Below, one piece after another: positions 62,095 through 64,000 of a DNA stretch of 64,000 nt. This stretch comes from Octopus bimaculoides. Its lineage: Eukaryota. The notes beneath the pieces are model-generated. The model searched no databases, had not been told where the DNA came from, and worked only from the letters and a program-made list of their open reading frames with translations. Both the position numbers and the translations under genes were made by a program. The stretch is taken from positions 31,687,872 through 31,751,871 of the forward strand of contig NC_068990.1 in NCBI RefSeq assembly GCF_001194135.2, read 5' to 3'. The stretch's first letter is position 1. The number at the start of each line of letters is the position of its first letter.

Positions 62095-62310
62095 AACTTT
62101 TGAACTTTTCCACTTTTGTAAGCATTATTATGATTGACCGTTGACTGAACACTATTCAATTTTTTTTCTCCGTGTTTTTCTCCTTGTCTCCGTATTCTTT
62201 CTGTTGAAGAGCGTAGCTCGAAACGTCAAAGATTTTCCGTATTCCCGAGCGTCATACTAATACATCCTTTTGTTATTTACACCACCTGTCCCCGTCTGTT
62301 GTTGTTTTTT
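62095..62310 (+). mobile_element. Probable Penelope-like terminal-repeat fragment between (GATA)n tracts
   Basis: Pyrimidine-rich segment containing a minimal hammerhead-like motif; flanked by (GATA)n at 62009-62092 and 62327-62402. Confidence 0.5.
62196..62232 (+). ncRNA. Minimal hammerhead-like motif with variant core
   Basis: TCTTT-CTGTTGA-A-GAGC-GTA-GCTC-GAAA-CGT-C-AAAGA. Perfect stems I and II, ACGT stem III, GUC triplet, but CUGUUGA instead of CUGAUGA. Confidence 0.55.
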
Positions 62311-62337
62311 CGTATATTCTCCCCCATAGATAGATAT

Positions 62338-62404
<67 letters not shown>

Positions 62405-62431
62405 TTATATTATAAGTGTATAGATATGTGC

Positions 62432-62467
<36 letters not shown>

Positions 62468-63453
62468 GTATATACATATACATATATCGATATATACGCA
62501 TGTGTGTGTGTATGTGATTATATATGCAGTGGTATATGGAGGTGTGAATGCGTGGGAGTGCGTGCCTGCATGTGTGTGCGCATACAATTTGTTGTGGAGT
62601 CAGATCAAGATTTTTTTAAACTAAACACACACGCGCGCGCACGCGCGCACGCGCATGCGTACACACACACACACACAAACACACTCATATACGCAAAGGC
62701 AAATGGCAAATACATTAGATATACCCACAGTCAGACGCGAAATTCTTCTATTTAGTTTATGCGTTGTGTGAGTGATTGCTTTCCTGTAAACTTGCATGAA
62801 CTGATATTGCGTCTGTAAATGTACATATGTGTTTAGACGAGTGTCAATGTAAGTGTGCATTAATGTGCAACTCTGTTTGCGCACTCACTCAAACATCAGC
62901 CAGACTTTCTCGTTAAAACACAAAATAGAAAATTAGGTATAAGGCGAGTGTCGTGTTTCTTTCTAGATCTCCAAATCTGGGCCGAGACGAGATTGCTTTA
63001 CGAAAAAATGGTTCCCTCCTTTAAACTTAACTGCACTTCTTTATTACAGGTGTTACATGTCACCTGTGTATTATAAGAAACTAAACGAGAAAAACACTTT
63101 CTCGGGTAATATGGCATTTGTCGGATGGTTGTTGTCAAGGTTAAAATCTGGCGGTGCATAAGTCCTCAATATTAAGAGATGAAATGATATCTAATAAACT
63201 CGTAATAAGGAGGATATTTGTTTATCAGTGGAAGCGCTACTCCAGTATAACCAGAGTAGTAATGGGTAATAGTAAATTATAGACAGTATTAGTCCTAACT
63301 TACATAACGTGTTCCCAATCAACATCTCATCAAATAATTATTTTCTACTCTAGGCACAAAGCCTGAAATCTTGTGGGAGGGGGCCAGTCGATATATATGT
63401 ATGTATGTATATACGTATGTATGTATGTATGTATGTATGTATGTGCGTGTATG

Positions 63454-63668
63454 GCCGACCGGCCTACATGGTGGAGCACCCTGAGTGAACAGATCAAGTC
63501 AGGAGAAAAAGTTTAATGAGCACAATAGTAGACAAGCGAGCGCGAGGGAAAAGGGAGTAGTAACTCCAACAGACCTAAGACCATAGACAAATATGCTCTA
63601 TGTCACTCACGTATAGGTCTGTTTAGCCACCGGAGACGCTACTCCAGCTGAACGAAGGAGGTCCTAAC
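63454..63668 (+). pseudogene. RTE-clade LINE 3' end
   Basis: ADRPTWWSTL..; SRIGLFSHRRRYSS* (stop 63649-63651), typical RTE C-terminus. Confidence 0.7.
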
Positions 63669-63681
63669 CTGATATGTATGT

Positions 63682-63934
63682 CGTCGTCGAGGGTTCCAGT
63701 TGATCCGATGAACGGAACAGCCCGCTCANNNNNNNNNNNNNNNNNNNNNNNNNNNNNNNNNNNNNNNNNNNNNNNNNNNNNNNCAGCAGGGTTCGCCACC
63801 ATCCCCTGCTGGAGCCTCGTGGAGCTTTAGGTGTTTTCGATCAATAAACACTCACAACGCCCGGTCTGGGAATCGAAACCGCGATCCTATGACCGCGAGT
63901 CCGCTGCCCTAACCACTGGGCCATTGCGCCTCCA
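63682..63934 (-). mobile_element. SINE family C with 13-bp TSD
   Basis: Minus head GGAGGCGCAATGGCCCAGTGGTTAGGGCAGCGG; CTGATATGTATGT at 63669-63681 and 63935-63947; internal gap. Confidence 0.85.
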
Positions 63935-63937
63935 CTG

Positions 63938-63968
<31 letters not shown>

Positions 63969-64000
63969 TGTATGTATGTATGTATGAATACGATTGCTAG

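Noticed and set aside
195-62884. ORFs rich in YI, HT, CV, LSIY and MYVC repeats
   Set aside because: They are translations of microsatellites.

Overview
Eukaryotic, AT-rich, microsatellite-saturated draft sequence with about 20 N gaps. The repeat families look like those of a coleoid cephalopod, probably Octopus; this is my inference and was not searched. No intact host gene could be identified. Nearly all supplied ORFs are artefacts of N runs or simple repeats. Supportable content: (1) many tRNA-derived SINE copies under my own labels (A = GGAGTGGCTGTGTGG head with an internal microsatellite hinge and two alternative 3' modules, A1 and A2; B = GGCGAGCTGGCAGAA head; C = GGAGGCGCAATGGCC head; E = (ATG)n-tailed; F = GTGAAGGCGCATGGC head); (2) decayed Tc1 and mariner transposases; (3) MITEs of Tc1, pogo, piggyBac and Kolobok type; (4) Helitron termini, a Tx1/L1-type LINE 3' end and RTE LINE fragments. 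Most interesting: minimal hammerhead ribozyme motifs of the Penelope type. One (16286-16332, minus) lies inside a tRNA-headed SINE-like unit arranged head-to-head with a second copy. Another (62196-62232, plus) has a variant core. A strong CpG-poor versus CpG-rich mosaic and a phase-compatible chain of small candidate exons (31.9-37.8 kb) hint at an unidentified host gene, at low confidence.
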